DNA of 64,000 nt, taken from contig JAWCCZ010000001.1 of the NCBI GenBank assembly GCA_038861545.1, forward strand, positions 352,001 through 416,000. Reading direction: 5' to 3'. Source of the stretch: Thermofilaceae archaeon. GTDB lineage: Archaea; Thermoproteota; Thermoprotei; Thermofilales; Thermofilaceae. Made by a program: the position numbers and the translations under genes. Shown in pieces: positions 50,524 to 60,736 of the stretch. The notes below the pieces were generated by a model. It ran no database searches, had not been told where the DNA came from, and was given only the letters and a program-made list of their open reading frames with translations. Positions within the stretch are counted from its first letter, which is position 1; every line of letters starts with the position of its first letter.

Positions 50524-52476
50524 GTGAATCATATGGGAAGTCCGTTGGTTACAGCTCAGAGTAAGGCTTTAACCAGTAAGGTCGTTTTAATGTTCCTGTT
50601 CTCTGCACTTGTACTACAGCCTCTCGTAGTTTACTACTACCTGTTGACTAACAGCTACTACGCTTTCTCGTACTGGATAACCGTACTTTTATTTGCGGAA
50701 ATTGCCAGCTTAGCTAGAGCTGACTTCACCAGCAGGGAACTGTATCTCGTTCTTACGTTTCAGCCTGTCGCTTTTGCCTATTCTCTGTTTTTCATCAACT
50801 TTATTAGGAACATGTACTTCGCTTACAGTGAACCTTCCAAATACTTCGGGATCGCCCAGCACGTGCCTAGCTGGTGGGTCCCTCCAGAAAACGTGGTACA
50901 ATCCATTTACCTGTCTAAACTACTTTTCTTCGAACCAGCATGGGCACTACCGATAGGGTTATCACTTGCCTTCCTAGCGTTGACTGTGTTAACTGATGTT
51001 TCGCTAGGTTACTTAAGTTACACCATATTCGTAGTCGAAGAGAAGCTCGAGTTCCCATTTGCTCGAGCCTCTGTAGCTATGGTTGAAACCCTAGCGTCTA
51101 GAGATCCGAACTATTTAAGGACTCTATTCGCATCCTGCATTATAGGCATACTACTCAACATAGGCTTAAAGTTCCTACCCTACATAATGTCAGTATTTAT
51201 GTTAGGAGGAGTGTTCGTCGCTGTCGGAACTCCTTTCTACGGTTACGACTTTACCCCCTACCTCGATTACATACTACCCGGCGCCGGGTTTGTTTTAGTA
51301 ACAGATCCCTTAGCTTTTGTAAGCGGTTTCCTTATTCCCCCAGCAGTGGCTGTGGTTCAGTTCCTAGCATCATTTCTCCTCTACTTCGTTGGAACTCACA
51401 TGATAACTCGCTTTAAACTTTGGCCTGAAGAAAGCCTATGGACAACAGGCTGGGGGTATTGGACGCTACAGTACAGATCTATGATATACTTCTACGTATC
51501 GTTTTTCATCGGGCTAAGCTTAGCCGCCATGTTAATCCCCCTGGCTGTTAACCCAACTCCTCTAAAGCGGGCATTTAAAGCGCTTGGCAAAGCTGGGGGG
51601 AAAGGCTTCTCAGCTAAGATGTTACTAGGGGTTTTCTTCGTTTCATCTATCTCGATGACCATGCTATCCTGGGCGTTAACCGACTTCTCCTTCCCAGTGT
51701 ATATTTTACTTTTATTAATAGTCGGCGGGACTTTCTTTGCAACTTATATAGCAACGGCATCCGCAGGTGTTACTGTTTTCGGTACAAATGTCCCATACTT
51801 AAGAGAGTTGTCGATATACTTCTCCGGCTACCAAGGCAAGGAGATATGGTTCGTCCCGCTTCCAGCCACCCTTTCCAGTGCTCCTGTGGGAACGATCGGC
51901 GTGACCCTAGCTTCTCCCTTGGGGGGGTCATCAGTTGCACAAGCCTTGCTTCAAGCTGATGTACTGGGAGTTGAGCATAGGGAGTTTTTCAAAGCTTATG
52001 CGATACTGGTGTTGGTAAGCATAGTCAGCGGCTTTTTCTTGACTAACTTGTTCTGGTACATTTCGCCTATACCCTCAAGTGCTTACCCATATACAATAAC
52101 AGGATGGCCTGTTGACGCGTTGAGCTGGGCTAGGATGATGGTCTGGGTGTGGAGTGGTTACCTTTTCAGACCTATCTGGATCGCTGCGGGCTTCGCTGTG
52201 GGAACTGCCTTGTACGCAGCAGCCAATTTCGTTCTGCGAGCACCGTATCTCCTGATAGTGGCGATAACGGGAGCTGGTATGGGTATACCATGGGCTTTCT
52301 CGCAGATGATAGGTTCCATTATTGGAAGGCGAGCCTTAAGGTCGGCGTTGGGAGAAAACTGGGGCAGGTACTTGTATTTGTTAGTCACCGGCATTTTCCT
52401 CGGAGATGCCATCATGGAAACGATGAGGATACTGTTGATAGTGCTGGCTAGATCACAATGGCTACTGCCGTTCTAA
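50524..52476 (+). CDS. OPT-superfamily-like polytopic membrane protein
   Basis: About 15 TMs; VVEEKLEFPFA and PIPSSAYPY motifs; starts 2 nt after the M28-FtsX stop. Confidence 0.72.
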   Translation: MNHMGSPLVTAQSKALTSKVVLMFLFSALVLQPLVVYYYLLTNSYYAFSYWITVLLFAEIASLARADFTSRELYLVLTFQPVAFAYSLFFINFIRNMYFAYSEPSKYFGIAQHVPSWWVPPENVVQSIYLSKLLFFEPAWALPIGLSLAFLALTVLTDVSLGYLSYTIFVVEEKLEFPFARASVAMVETLASRDPNYLRTLFASCIIGILLNIGLKFLPYIMSVFMLGGVFVAVGTPFYGYDFTPYLDYILPGAGFVLVTDPLAFVSGFLIPPAVAVVQFLASFLLYFVGTHMITRFKLWPEESLWTTGWGYWTLQYRSMIYFYVSFFIGLSLAAMLIPLAVNPTPLKRAFKALGKAGGKGFSAKMLLGVFFVSSISMTMLSWALTDFSFPVYILLLLIVGGTFFATYIATASAGVTVFGTNVPYLRELSIYFSGYQGKEIWFVPLPATLSSAPVGTIGVTLASPLGGSSVAQALLQADVLGVEHREFFKAYAILVLVSIVSGFFLTNLFWYISPIPSSAYPYTITGWPVDALSWARMMVWVWSGYLFRPIWIAAGFAVGTALYAAANFVLRAPYLLIVAITGAGMGIPWAFSQMIGSIIGRRALRSALGENWGRYLYLLVTGIFLGDAIMETMRILLIVLARSQWLLPF

Positions 52477-52492
52477 AGATAGGTAAGGCGAA

Positions 52493-54889
52493 ATGCCCAG
52501 CGGGCAGATCAGCAAGAGTACATGGAATCGCAATGACAAATCATTACTGTCTAACAGGAAGTTTATAACGGTTTTAACCTTATTTTCTATAACTGCTCTA
52601 TCCCTCTTTTCGGTTAGAACAGTAGCCGTCGGTGGCGAGATAGCTGGTTGGGATCACTCCTTTCACTACACTAATGCATACCTGATATACTACTTCTTCT
52701 TGCCAGATGGTAGCCCGCTGGGTTATGATCCTTGGCACATGTTAGGCTGGAGCCCGAACCTCTACTACAATTTAGGGACTTCGCTTTTCGTCACGTTATC
52801 CTACAGCTTTCTATCACCACTGTTGGATATGAAATCAGTCTACAGCCTATGCGTCGCGCTCAGTTACGCGCTTCTAGCTCCAGCGACGTTTATTCTAGTG
52901 TACGCAATGACCGGGTCGTACACCACCGGCCTCATAGCTGCTCTCATCAGCGTTGCAGTCTTCGACGAAGAAGATTCATGGATATCGGCAGGGTGGAGGC
53001 AGGTTCACTATATAGCTATGTGGCCCCAACGGTGGGGGATCGTTACAGGTATCTCAGCCCTAGGTTTGTTTATACTCGCTTTACGCTATAAGCGAGCCGG
53101 TGTGTGGGAATTTCTCCTGGCCTCCTTAGCTGCTCTCCTGCTAGCTTGGGCGACTCTTTCGCACGTTGTAATGGGTGCGGCCACCCTTATCCTAATGTTA
53201 GTGGCCGCTGTTTTCAAGCTAGCCGAGGACATAATAGTTAGAGGAAAGAGGGAAGCATTAAACCATATTTACTTGCTGTTATTCACAATTATGCTTTCCT
53301 TTGGTTTAATGGCATTCTGGGCTGTTCCGTTACTGGAGACCAACCAAGAGTTTCACGGGTTGTATACGCTTACATGGGAGCTCGGAGTTGGAGTTATAGG
53401 TACGATAACTTCCTCCTACCCATTCTATTTTAACTTACTTGTACCATTAGGGCCAGCTCTTTCTCTTTTTAAACAGCGGGAGAAAAAAGCATCAATCTGG
53501 GCTTTGTACGCAGGTTGGCTTTTATTCACACTTACAGTTCTCTTCGCGTCAAGGGTAATACCCGGCAACATGATAGGTTCGCTCAGCATCTACACTATGC
53601 TTTTAGCCCTAGCTCTTTATTTGAAAACCCGAGGCGGTTTAGCCCATATTTTACTTCCTACATCGGCTACTCTGCTGCTGTGGTTGGCTACTGGACCTAG
53701 CACATACGTGGTTAACCTCTTAGGCTTACCGCTAGACCTGAGAAAGCTCCCACTCGTAGAATGGTTGGGTTACGGTAAGTTCGCAGGTTACGCCAGGTAT
53801 ATTTTCTTAGCTTACTACTCAGTTACGGTCTCCAGCTTAGCATCTTGGGCGGTGGATCACTTGAAAAGTGAGAGCGACTCTAGAACCCCCGAGTTGCGAA
53901 CGGTGGCGCTCCTCCTTCTTTCTCTTATCGTGGCAGGGTTTCTAGGACCAGTTTTACAGAGTTTCCCTAAAAACACCGATTTACTGGGTTCTTCTGAAAG
54001 TAAAAAGTTCTGGCTCATCGAAGAATTTCCGCTTTACCAGAACGTAAGTCTGTTCGTAAACTCGCTCAGCTTGCTAGGGATCGAGGATAACACGTACTTG
54101 CTTGTCCAGGATCTAAGCGACAACTTCGCCGACTGGAGCACTTTCTGTCACAACCATTTCGTATACGAGTTCCCGTTGTACATCGGGAAACCAGTAATCG
54201 GCGGGATTGTTTGGACAAGGTACGTCACCCAGCCTATCTCAACTACCGAATACTCTAGGATGTTTTCAATGGATAATGCCTACTGGGCTGAAAATATCGA
54301 GATATTTTATTCGCAGCTGAAAGAACTCGGCATCTCCTATGTTGCCGTGTTTGATTCACGATTAAAAGATTCCTTGAAAAAAAGCGATCTCTTTGAAGAA
54401 GTCCTCTCAATCCCCCCTTACACGCTGTTTAGAACTAGAGAGTTCAACCAAATAGTAACCATCAACTCGTCCAGTGCACGTATTGAGAACGTTGTTATTC
54501 GACCAAACCTTATCCGCTTTACGATTAGAGCTAAGCCGATGGAGGTTTACCGAGTTAAAATAAAGTTGGTAGCTTTCCCTCGCTGGGTTGTAACAACGCA
54601 GCCGGAGGCTTTTTTCCTCAAGATCTTGACGTACAACCCCTGCATAGTTGAGGAAACCTCTCGAGCGTGGGGGTATCCAGTCGGTTCGAAAATACCATTC
54701 TTCGACCTGTTGATAGTTCCAGCGTCAGAAGCTACGACAGTTGAATTGAGGTACAATCCACACACCATCGGCGACTGGATTACGACCCTAGCGCTACTTG
54801 TAGTAAGTGCAGCTGTAATTACCTTTTTGGCGTCGCGGCCAGTATTCTTTAAACTTTTCATTAGAAGGCTCTCCAAACAGCAGTACTAA
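52493..54889 (+). CDS. GT-C-fold-like membrane protein (PTPS-related membrane domain family)
   Basis: First loop GWDHSFHY...YDPWHMLGWSPNLYY, about 13 TMs, C-terminal extracellular domain and final TM. Confidence 0.65.
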   Translation: MPSGQISKSTWNRNDKSLLSNRKFITVLTLFSITALSLFSVRTVAVGGEIAGWDHSFHYTNAYLIYYFFLPDGSPLGYDPWHMLGWSPNLYYNLGTSLFVTLSYSFLSPLLDMKSVYSLCVALSYALLAPATFILVYAMTGSYTTGLIAALISVAVFDEEDSWISAGWRQVHYIAMWPQRWGIVTGISALGLFILALRYKRAGVWEFLLASLAALLLAWATLSHVVMGAATLILMLVAAVFKLAEDIIVRGKREALNHIYLLLFTIMLSFGLMAFWAVPLLETNQEFHGLYTLTWELGVGVIGTITSSYPFYFNLLVPLGPALSLFKQREKKASIWALYAGWLLFTLTVLFASRVIPGNMIGSLSIYTMLLALALYLKTRGGLAHILLPTSATLLLWLATGPSTYVVNLLGLPLDLRKLPLVEWLGYGKFAGYARYIFLAYYSVTVSSLASWAVDHLKSESDSRTPELRTVALLLLSLIVAGFLGPVLQSFPKNTDLLGSSESKKFWLIEEFPLYQNVSLFVNSLSLLGIEDNTYLLVQDLSDNFADWSTFCHNHFVYEFPLYIGKPVIGGIVWTRYVTQPISTTEYSRMFSMDNAYWAENIEIFYSQLKELGISYVAVFDSRLKDSLKKSDLFEEVLSIPPYTLFRTREFNQIVTINSSSARIENVVIRPNLIRFTIRAKPMEVYRVKIKLVAFPRWVVTTQPEAFFLKILTYNPCIVEETSRAWGYPVGSKIPFFDLLIVPASEATTVELRYNPHTIGDWITTLALLVVSAAVITFLASRPVFFKLFIRRLSKQQY

Positions 54890-54983
54890 TTTAGAAGGAA
54901 GATTGAATGCAGTCCATGACATGTCTTCTTGGGTATTTTTAACGTTAGTCTTTTTCCCTCCTGCAAAGCGATAGGGGGGCGGG

Positions 54984-56564
54984 ATGCTTTTTAAGGATCT
55001 TGCCGAGCTGGCGAGGAAACTAGAGGGACTAAAAAGCAGAACTGAAAAGGTAAGTATTCTAGCGCAAACTCTGCGCGGCCTTTCGCCGGAGGAGGGGGAA
55101 GTCGCGATCCGCCTATTGACCGGTAGGGTATTCCCCGAGTATTCTGAAGCAAATTTAGGGGTTGGGTGGAGCCTGTTAAGCACAGCATATAGAAATGTAA
55201 AAGGGTCGCCTGCGCTTTTTCTAAGGCAGCTAACGGTCAACGATGTATATAAACGCTTATCCGAGATAGCAGAAGCCACCGGCGAAGATTCTCGAAAAAG
55301 GAAGCTAAGGTTGCTTCAAGCTTTGCTCGCCAACATGGATAAACTGGAGTTCGAGTACTTCATAAGATTCATAACTGGGGAACCGAGGATCGGGGCAAAT
55401 GAGGGCATAGTTCTCGAAGCCTTGGCTAAAGTTGCTAACGTGGATTATGACACTGTACGTAGAGCATACATGTTCACAGGGGACCTAGGTGATTTGACTA
55501 AAAGTATTTTAGAGGGCGCGAGACTTGAAGAAATTACGCTCCAGCTTTTTCGGCCTGTAAGACCAATGCTAGCCGAGATGGCTAGCGATGTTAGACGGGC
55601 TTTAAAAGAGTGTGGCGGGCAGGCTGCTCTCGAATTCAAGTACGACGGTATAAGAATTCAAGTCCATAAGAGAGGGAAAGAAGTAAGACTTTTCACGAGA
55701 AGGCTTAGCAATGTAACTCACAGTTTGCCGGATGTGGTAAACCAGGTTACCGAGCACGTCCATGCGGAAGAAGCAGTTCTCGATTCTGAGGCTATAAGCT
55801 TCCAAGACGGCAAACCTCTCCGATTTCAAGATCTTGTCAGAAGGGTTAGGAGGAAAAATGATGTCTGGTCAATGATAAAGGAGATGCCCTTCGCCATTAA
55901 AGTGTTTGACTTAATCTACTTAGATGGCAGAGTTTTTGTCAATGAAGCCTACGAGGCCCGATGGGAAAGGCTATTAGAGAAAGTTGACCAGGAAATATTG
56001 ATAGAAAGGATCGTTACCAGTGATGTAGAAGAAGCTGAGAAATTTTACAGGGAAAGTGTTGAGAAGGGTAATGAAGGTCTCGTAGTAAAAAACCTTCGTT
56101 CTCCCTATACTCCCGGAGTAAGAGGTAGGTACTGGTTTAAGGTAAAGCCGGCTGAAACTATTGACCTAGTTATAGTAGGCGCTGAGCGCGGTCATGGACG
56201 CAGAAGTAGGTGGTACAGCGACTATTACCTAGCGGTTTTAGACGTGAAACGGGGGGAGTATCTCGTAGTGGGTAAAACTTTCAAAGGATTAACAGACGTC
56301 GAGTTTGAAGAGGTTACACGCAAGCTTTCCGAGCTTAAAGTAAGGGACGAGGGCTGGAGGATATGGGTTAAGCCCACGATGGTGGTTGAAGTTGCATTTA
56401 ACGAAATTCAGCGAAGCCCAAAATATCGATCCGGCTTCGCGCTTCGCTTCGCCCGTATCTTGCGCTTCAGACCTGATAAATCACCGCAAGATATAGCTAC
56501 TTTAGAGGATGTTAAAAAAATGTATGAGGACCAATTTAAGCGAAGGGCTCGAGTCTCCTTTTAA
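54984..56564 (+). CDS. lig: ATP-dependent DNA ligase
   Basis: RPMLA, EFKYDGIRIQVH (adenylated Lys), FDLIYLDG, EGLVVK, WFKVK, LRFARI.RFRPDK. Confidence 0.93.
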   Translation: MLFKDLAELARKLEGLKSRTEKVSILAQTLRGLSPEEGEVAIRLLTGRVFPEYSEANLGVGWSLLSTAYRNVKGSPALFLRQLTVNDVYKRLSEIAEATGEDSRKRKLRLLQALLANMDKLEFEYFIRFITGEPRIGANEGIVLEALAKVANVDYDTVRRAYMFTGDLGDLTKSILEGARLEEITLQLFRPVRPMLAEMASDVRRALKECGGQAALEFKYDGIRIQVHKRGKEVRLFTRRLSNVTHSLPDVVNQVTEHVHAEEAVLDSEAISFQDGKPLRFQDLVRRVRRKNDVWSMIKEMPFAIKVFDLIYLDGRVFVNEAYEARWERLLEKVDQEILIERIVTSDVEEAEKFYRESVEKGNEGLVVKNLRSPYTPGVRGRYWFKVKPAETIDLVIVGAERGHGRRSRWYSDYYLAVLDVKRGEYLVVGKTFKGLTDVEFEEVTRKLSELKVRDEGWRIWVKPTMVVEVAFNEIQRSPKYRSGFALRFARILRFRPDKSPQDIATLEDVKKMYEDQFKRRARVSF

Positions 56565-57328
56565 GGAGCTTCGCTCCGTTCATCCTCCAGCGCTTTTTTC
56601 AATTCGTCTCTGAGTTTCTCCTGCGTCTTTTTTAATTCTTCTAATTTTCCCATAAGCTCTTGAAGGACTGGTCTGATACTTTCAACACCTTTATGGGCTA
56701 GGAAGGCAACCGCCTCGCTTCTGCTCTTGAATACGCCTGCCTCTACAAGCGCGTCAGTTACATCTAAATCGCCCTGCGGTAACCTAACCGAGACTACGTA
56801 CGAGGGGCCTATGATAGACTCGCCTTTCAAAGCTTTATCCAACTTTTTCATTGCTTCATCCAAACTCTTCATAGCCACACCTATGCTCTTTTCAATAACC
56901 CTGCTAACTTCCTCCCCTATATTCTCAAATCCTCTATCTAGGTGAACCACACTAGCCTCTACCCTAGTCGGTCTCGCTTGCCGTGCAAGATCCCTAACAC
57001 TGTCAAGGAAATCTTCTACAGTATCACTCCACTTTTCAAAAAACTCGTCTACGCTCTCTCTTAACTCCTCCAGTTCGCTCCTTTCACCGGGATTCATTTT
57101 TAACCACGCTTCTCTAATAGAGCCCCGGATTTCGAGTCGCGATTCTAGTAATCGTCTCCTAAAATCGTGGAGTTTTCTTCTAAGATCCGTAACCTGCTCT
57201 ATCTGTTTTTCTTCTCCACTTAGTATTTTTCTCTCAAGTGTTTTTAGTTCTTCATTTAGATCATTTAGAGTCTTAGAGAATTCCGCATCTAGTTCCTTCA
57301 ATTTAGACCTAATATTTTCTATTGACAT
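56561..57328 (-). CDS. Coiled-coil protein with C-terminal ribbon-helix-helix-like domain
   Basis: Long heptad-rich N-terminus; VVSVRLP...TDALVEAGVFKSRSEAV RHH-like signature. Confidence 0.72.
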   Translation of the reverse strand: MSIENIRSKLKELDAEFSKTLNDLNEELKTLERKILSGEEKQIEQVTDLRRKLHDFRRRLLESRLEIRGSIREAWLKMNPGERSELEELRESVDEFFEKWSDTVEDFLDSVRDLARQARPTRVEASVVHLDRGFENIGEEVSRVIEKSIGVAMKSLDEAMKKLDKALKGESIIGPSYVVSVRLPQGDLDVTDALVEAGVFKSRSEAVAFLAHKGVESIRPVLQELMGKLEELKKTQEKLRDELKKALEDERSEAP

Positions 57329-57338
57329 ACCGATTCTA

Positions 57339-57349
57339 TGTAAGTTACA
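57339..57349. promoter_or_regulatory. Palindrome TGTAA-G-TTACA between TATA box and start of the RHH gene
   Basis: 11-21 nt upstream of ATG 57328; TTTAAAAA box on minus strand at ~57354-57361. Confidence 0.4.
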
Positions 57350-57436
57350 ACATTTTTTAAAGTTTTCTCACATATCATGGTATGCTCCACCCCATGCGCG
57401 CCTAGAAGTCGTAAACATTTTACAATGCCTAGTAAC

Positions 57437-59713
57437 TTACTCCTCAAGTATTACGTCGGCCTGAGTTAAGAAGAGACGACGCGAGGCCACTTCCAAAGTT
57501 TTTCCTACTACTTTCAACTGACCCTCCAAGACTGTATCCTCTGCATGCCTAGCTACAATCACTCTATACTCTCCAGGCTCTACAACAAGCCTTGCATTTC
57601 TATCGTAAAAGGCGAGTAGTTCAATAGGAAGCTTGAAAGTGACCTGCACTCTCTTACCCGGTTCTATCGTTATGCGTTTAAAGCCTCTGAGTTCCCTTAC
57701 CGGTCTAGTAACGCTTGAGCGTTTTTTGGTAATATACAGCTGAACCACTTCATCGCCTTTAATTTCACCTATATTCTCTACAGTTACAGAAACTTCAACA
57801 GTATTTCCGTTTTCGATTACTTCCGGTTTAATCCGCAAATCACTGTACTTGAATTTCGTATAGCTCAATCCGAAGCCGAGTGGGAATAAAGGCTTTGAAT
57901 CTAGTTCTACATAGGGGTTAAAGGAAGCCCCCCTCCTGTAGTAATATACCGGTATCTGGCCCGCTTCCTTAGGCACCGAAATCGGTAACCTACCACCCGG
58001 GCTGTAAATTCCGAATATTATCTCGGCTAATGCTAACCCTCCTTCTTCACCAGGGTACCAGGCCTCAATTAGAGCATTCAATCTCTCTAGGATATCGGGT
58101 GGCAGCGATATAGGCCTTCCATTCACCAGAACCAGCACCGTTGCTTTACCGAGCGAAAGTATCCTCCGAAGCAGTTCCTCCTGGACTCCTGGTAACCCTA
58201 AGCTTACCCTATCCACCCCTTCCCCCGACGAGAGTTCAGGGTTGGATAGCCAGAAGCCACCGGAGCGTTCTCCCATGACAGCTATCACAACGTCCGCGTT
58301 TTGGGAAACTTTCAAAGCTTCCTCGAAGCCATCTGTTCGATGGGAGCGGACACTGCAACCCTCGGCATAGGATACTTTAGTCCCAGGTGGAGCTAAGCTC
58401 TTTAGCCCCTCGAGTACTGAGGTTACTTTGACCGTGGGTTCGGGTAAACCCACATGCGCTGCATAGTGGTAGTCTCCTAAAAGCGCTGTTCCACTGGCGG
58501 CGTTAGGGCCTATAACAGCTACATTTCTAACATGTTTTCTAAGTGGAAGGATCCCGTCATTCTTGAGTAACACGATCGATTCCCTGGCGGCTTCTCGAGC
58601 CAAGTTCCTAGCTTCATGGGTGTCAAGCGTCTCTGGCACTTCTTCATTTACGTACGGGTTCTCAAATAACCCGAGCAAGAACTTCAAGGTAAGGACTCTT
58701 TCGACAGCCCTGTCTATGTCATTTGCCGAAACTAAGCCTTCATGCACGCCGTCGATAAGGCGTAAATAACAGTCAGGATGAGGCAGCTCTATATCTACTC
58801 CCGCTTCAAGCGCCTGAATAGCTGCATCTAAATCCCTTTCCGCAACTCGATGTGCAGTTTCAAGTTGACGAACCGCAAAGTAGTCTGAAACAACTATCCC
58901 CTTAAAACCCCATTCACCCCTTAAAAGATCTGTAAGAAGCCAGCGGTTTGCATGACAAGGCACACCATCGATTTCATGGTAAGCAGGCATAACCGATAAC
59001 GCACCAGCCTCCTTTACGGCCGCTTCAAAGGGGAAGAGGAATACCTCTCGGAGTTCTCGGATACCTACCTGTACTCGAGCAGTATTTCTCCCTCCTTCAG
59101 GAAAACCGTGAGCAGCAAAGTGTTTAAGGGTTGCAACAATACCCTTACGCAAATCGTCGGACTGCAAGCCCATTACATATGCAACGCCCATTGCTGCAAC
59201 CAAGTAGGGATCCTCACCATAAGTTTCTTCGGTCCTCCCCCAACGAGGATCCCTGCATACATCAAGGACGGGCGCTAAGCATTGGTTTGTGCCCACAAGC
59301 CTAGCTTGCCTTCTAATTTCATCTGCTACCCTGAAGACCAGCTCAGGATTCCATGTGCTGGCTAAACCTATAGCTTGAGGGAAGCAAGTTGCCGTGCTAG
59401 CCATTAAACCCGCGAGCGATTCCTCGTGTACTATAGCTGGTATGTGGTGCGGTGTCTCCTCGACTAGGAACCATTGAATATCGTTTACAAGCTTGGCCGC
59501 TTCTCTAGGTCTTAGAGCTAACCTGCTACCAGATACTCTGGTAATCTCCCCTATTCCATACTTTAACACTTCTAGAGCTTTCGCTTTTGAGAAACTTTTC
59601 CCTTCAACTAGAGCTTCTACCGGAAGCGAGACAAGTTGAGCCACTTTTTCTTCGAGGCTCATCTCCGAGAGGAGGCTTCTTACCCTCCTCTCCACCCCCT
59701 CTCCATGCGTCAC
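57437..59713 (-). CDS. GH3 beta-xylosidase/beta-glucosidase
   Basis: HEESLAG, RDPRWGRTEETYGEDP, LKHFAAHG, VSDY (nucleophile), SGEGVDR, FnIII-like C-terminus. Confidence 0.92.
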   Translation of the reverse strand: MTHGEGVERRVRSLLSEMSLEEKVAQLVSLPVEALVEGKSFSKAKALEVLKYGIGEITRVSGSRLALRPREAAKLVNDIQWFLVEETPHHIPAIVHEESLAGLMASTATCFPQAIGLASTWNPELVFRVADEIRRQARLVGTNQCLAPVLDVCRDPRWGRTEETYGEDPYLVAAMGVAYVMGLQSDDLRKGIVATLKHFAAHGFPEGGRNTARVQVGIRELREVFLFPFEAAVKEAGALSVMPAYHEIDGVPCHANRWLLTDLLRGEWGFKGIVVSDYFAVRQLETAHRVAERDLDAAIQALEAGVDIELPHPDCYLRLIDGVHEGLVSANDIDRAVERVLTLKFLLGLFENPYVNEEVPETLDTHEARNLAREAARESIVLLKNDGILPLRKHVRNVAVIGPNAASGTALLGDYHYAAHVGLPEPTVKVTSVLEGLKSLAPPGTKVSYAEGCSVRSHRTDGFEEALKVSQNADVVIAVMGERSGGFWLSNPELSSGEGVDRVSLGLPGVQEELLRRILSLGKATVLVLVNGRPISLPPDILERLNALIEAWYPGEEGGLALAEIIFGIYSPGGRLPISVPKEAGQIPVYYYRRGASFNPYVELDSKPLFPLGFGLSYTKFKYSDLRIKPEVIENGNTVEVSVTVENIGEIKGDEVVQLYITKKRSSVTRPVRELRGFKRITIEPGKRVQVTFKLPIELLAFYDRNARLVVEPGEYRVIVARHAEDTVLEGQLKVVGKTLEVASRRLFLTQADVILEE

Positions 59714-59737
59714 ATAGGGTAGCCGTATCTCAGATAT

Positions 59738-60706
59738 TTATCGGTTAGCTCTCTTTTTAGCCGTTAAATACACGAATATTGTTGCGGCGATTACGGTGAC
59801 AGCCACGAATGCTAGTAGAGTGTATAGGAGCGCAGACCCTGCTCTTTTCTCGCCGACTTCTTGGAGGCTTAACTCGCTTATTATCTTCGACTTCAGCTCA
59901 TTGAGCGGTGCGCCAGCTGATAACTCTCCATAAATCAATGCAAGTTTTTCAACACCGGATGAAGGCGTATTAGAGTAGGGTAGCAGGTACACGATAAACC
60001 TGACCGTCTGTCCGGCTGACAACGTAAATTGTTGGGCTATCCAATTCCTTAGAGAGTAAACGCTTCCACCCCACTCTCTTTCATCGTCTATGCTAACCGG
60101 CATCCCCTGCGGCCAAGCATCAGAGATCACCGAAAAAATTAACCCGTTTTCTTCATCTACCGGAACTACATAACCGATTGCCTCATTCATCCAAGTGAGC
60201 TGGAATTCCCCAGGTACACTTTCTTCCCTAAGCCTTACAGGGATCAAACTTCCATTCATTAAGGCGATGTACACGTTTTTACCCGAAAATCGGTTTATAG
60301 GTAGCTGAAGGGTCCACGAAAGGCCAGAGAAGCTTGAGTCCGAGACTACGGTGAAATTAATCTCTAGAAGGGATTCAGCAAGCCCTAGCCAGTACTTAAC
60401 TTTTGGTCTAATTTCTGCGTACTCGCACCTAGCATAACATTCTAATTCAACTTCGGTTTCAGATCCCGTAGGGCCAGATACTAGCCTCCACTCACTTTGA
60501 GAGCTACAAGCGCTAACCCAGCTCCAACCTGGCCCCCAGTTCATCAAGCTGCCAGTACCCACGCTAATCCCCTCTTTACTGAGGCCGAGAACCCCTCTAT
60601 TGGATATATTGAAGGTTAAGGGTCCAACTTCATAGTTAGGTTGGGCTGGGGCAGATGCCGCTACAACCACGAAAAATAAAAGTAGAAGTTCCCATGCGCG
60701 TTCCAC
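59738..60706 (-). CDS. Trp-rich surface protein with signal peptide and C-terminal TM anchor (paralog of 17266-18237)
   Basis: WGPGWSWVSACS, SSFSGLSW, VRLREESVPGEF, DAWPQGM, DDEREWGGSVYSLRNW; TM + KKRANR. Confidence 0.8.
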   Translation of the reverse strand: MERAWELLLLFFVVVAASAPAQPNYEVGPLTFNISNRGVLGLSKEGISVGTGSLMNWGPGWSWVSACSSQSEWRLVSGPTGSETEVELECYARCEYAEIRPKVKYWLGLAESLLEINFTVVSDSSFSGLSWTLQLPINRFSGKNVYIALMNGSLIPVRLREESVPGEFQLTWMNEAIGYVVPVDEENGLIFSVISDAWPQGMPVSIDDEREWGGSVYSLRNWIAQQFTLSAGQTVRFIVYLLPYSNTPSSGVEKLALIYGELSAGAPLNELKSKIISELSLQEVGEKRAGSALLYTLLAFVAVTVIAATIFVYLTAKKRANR

Positions 60707-60736
60707 AACAGCTTTAGCAATGCATGCCTATAAAAG

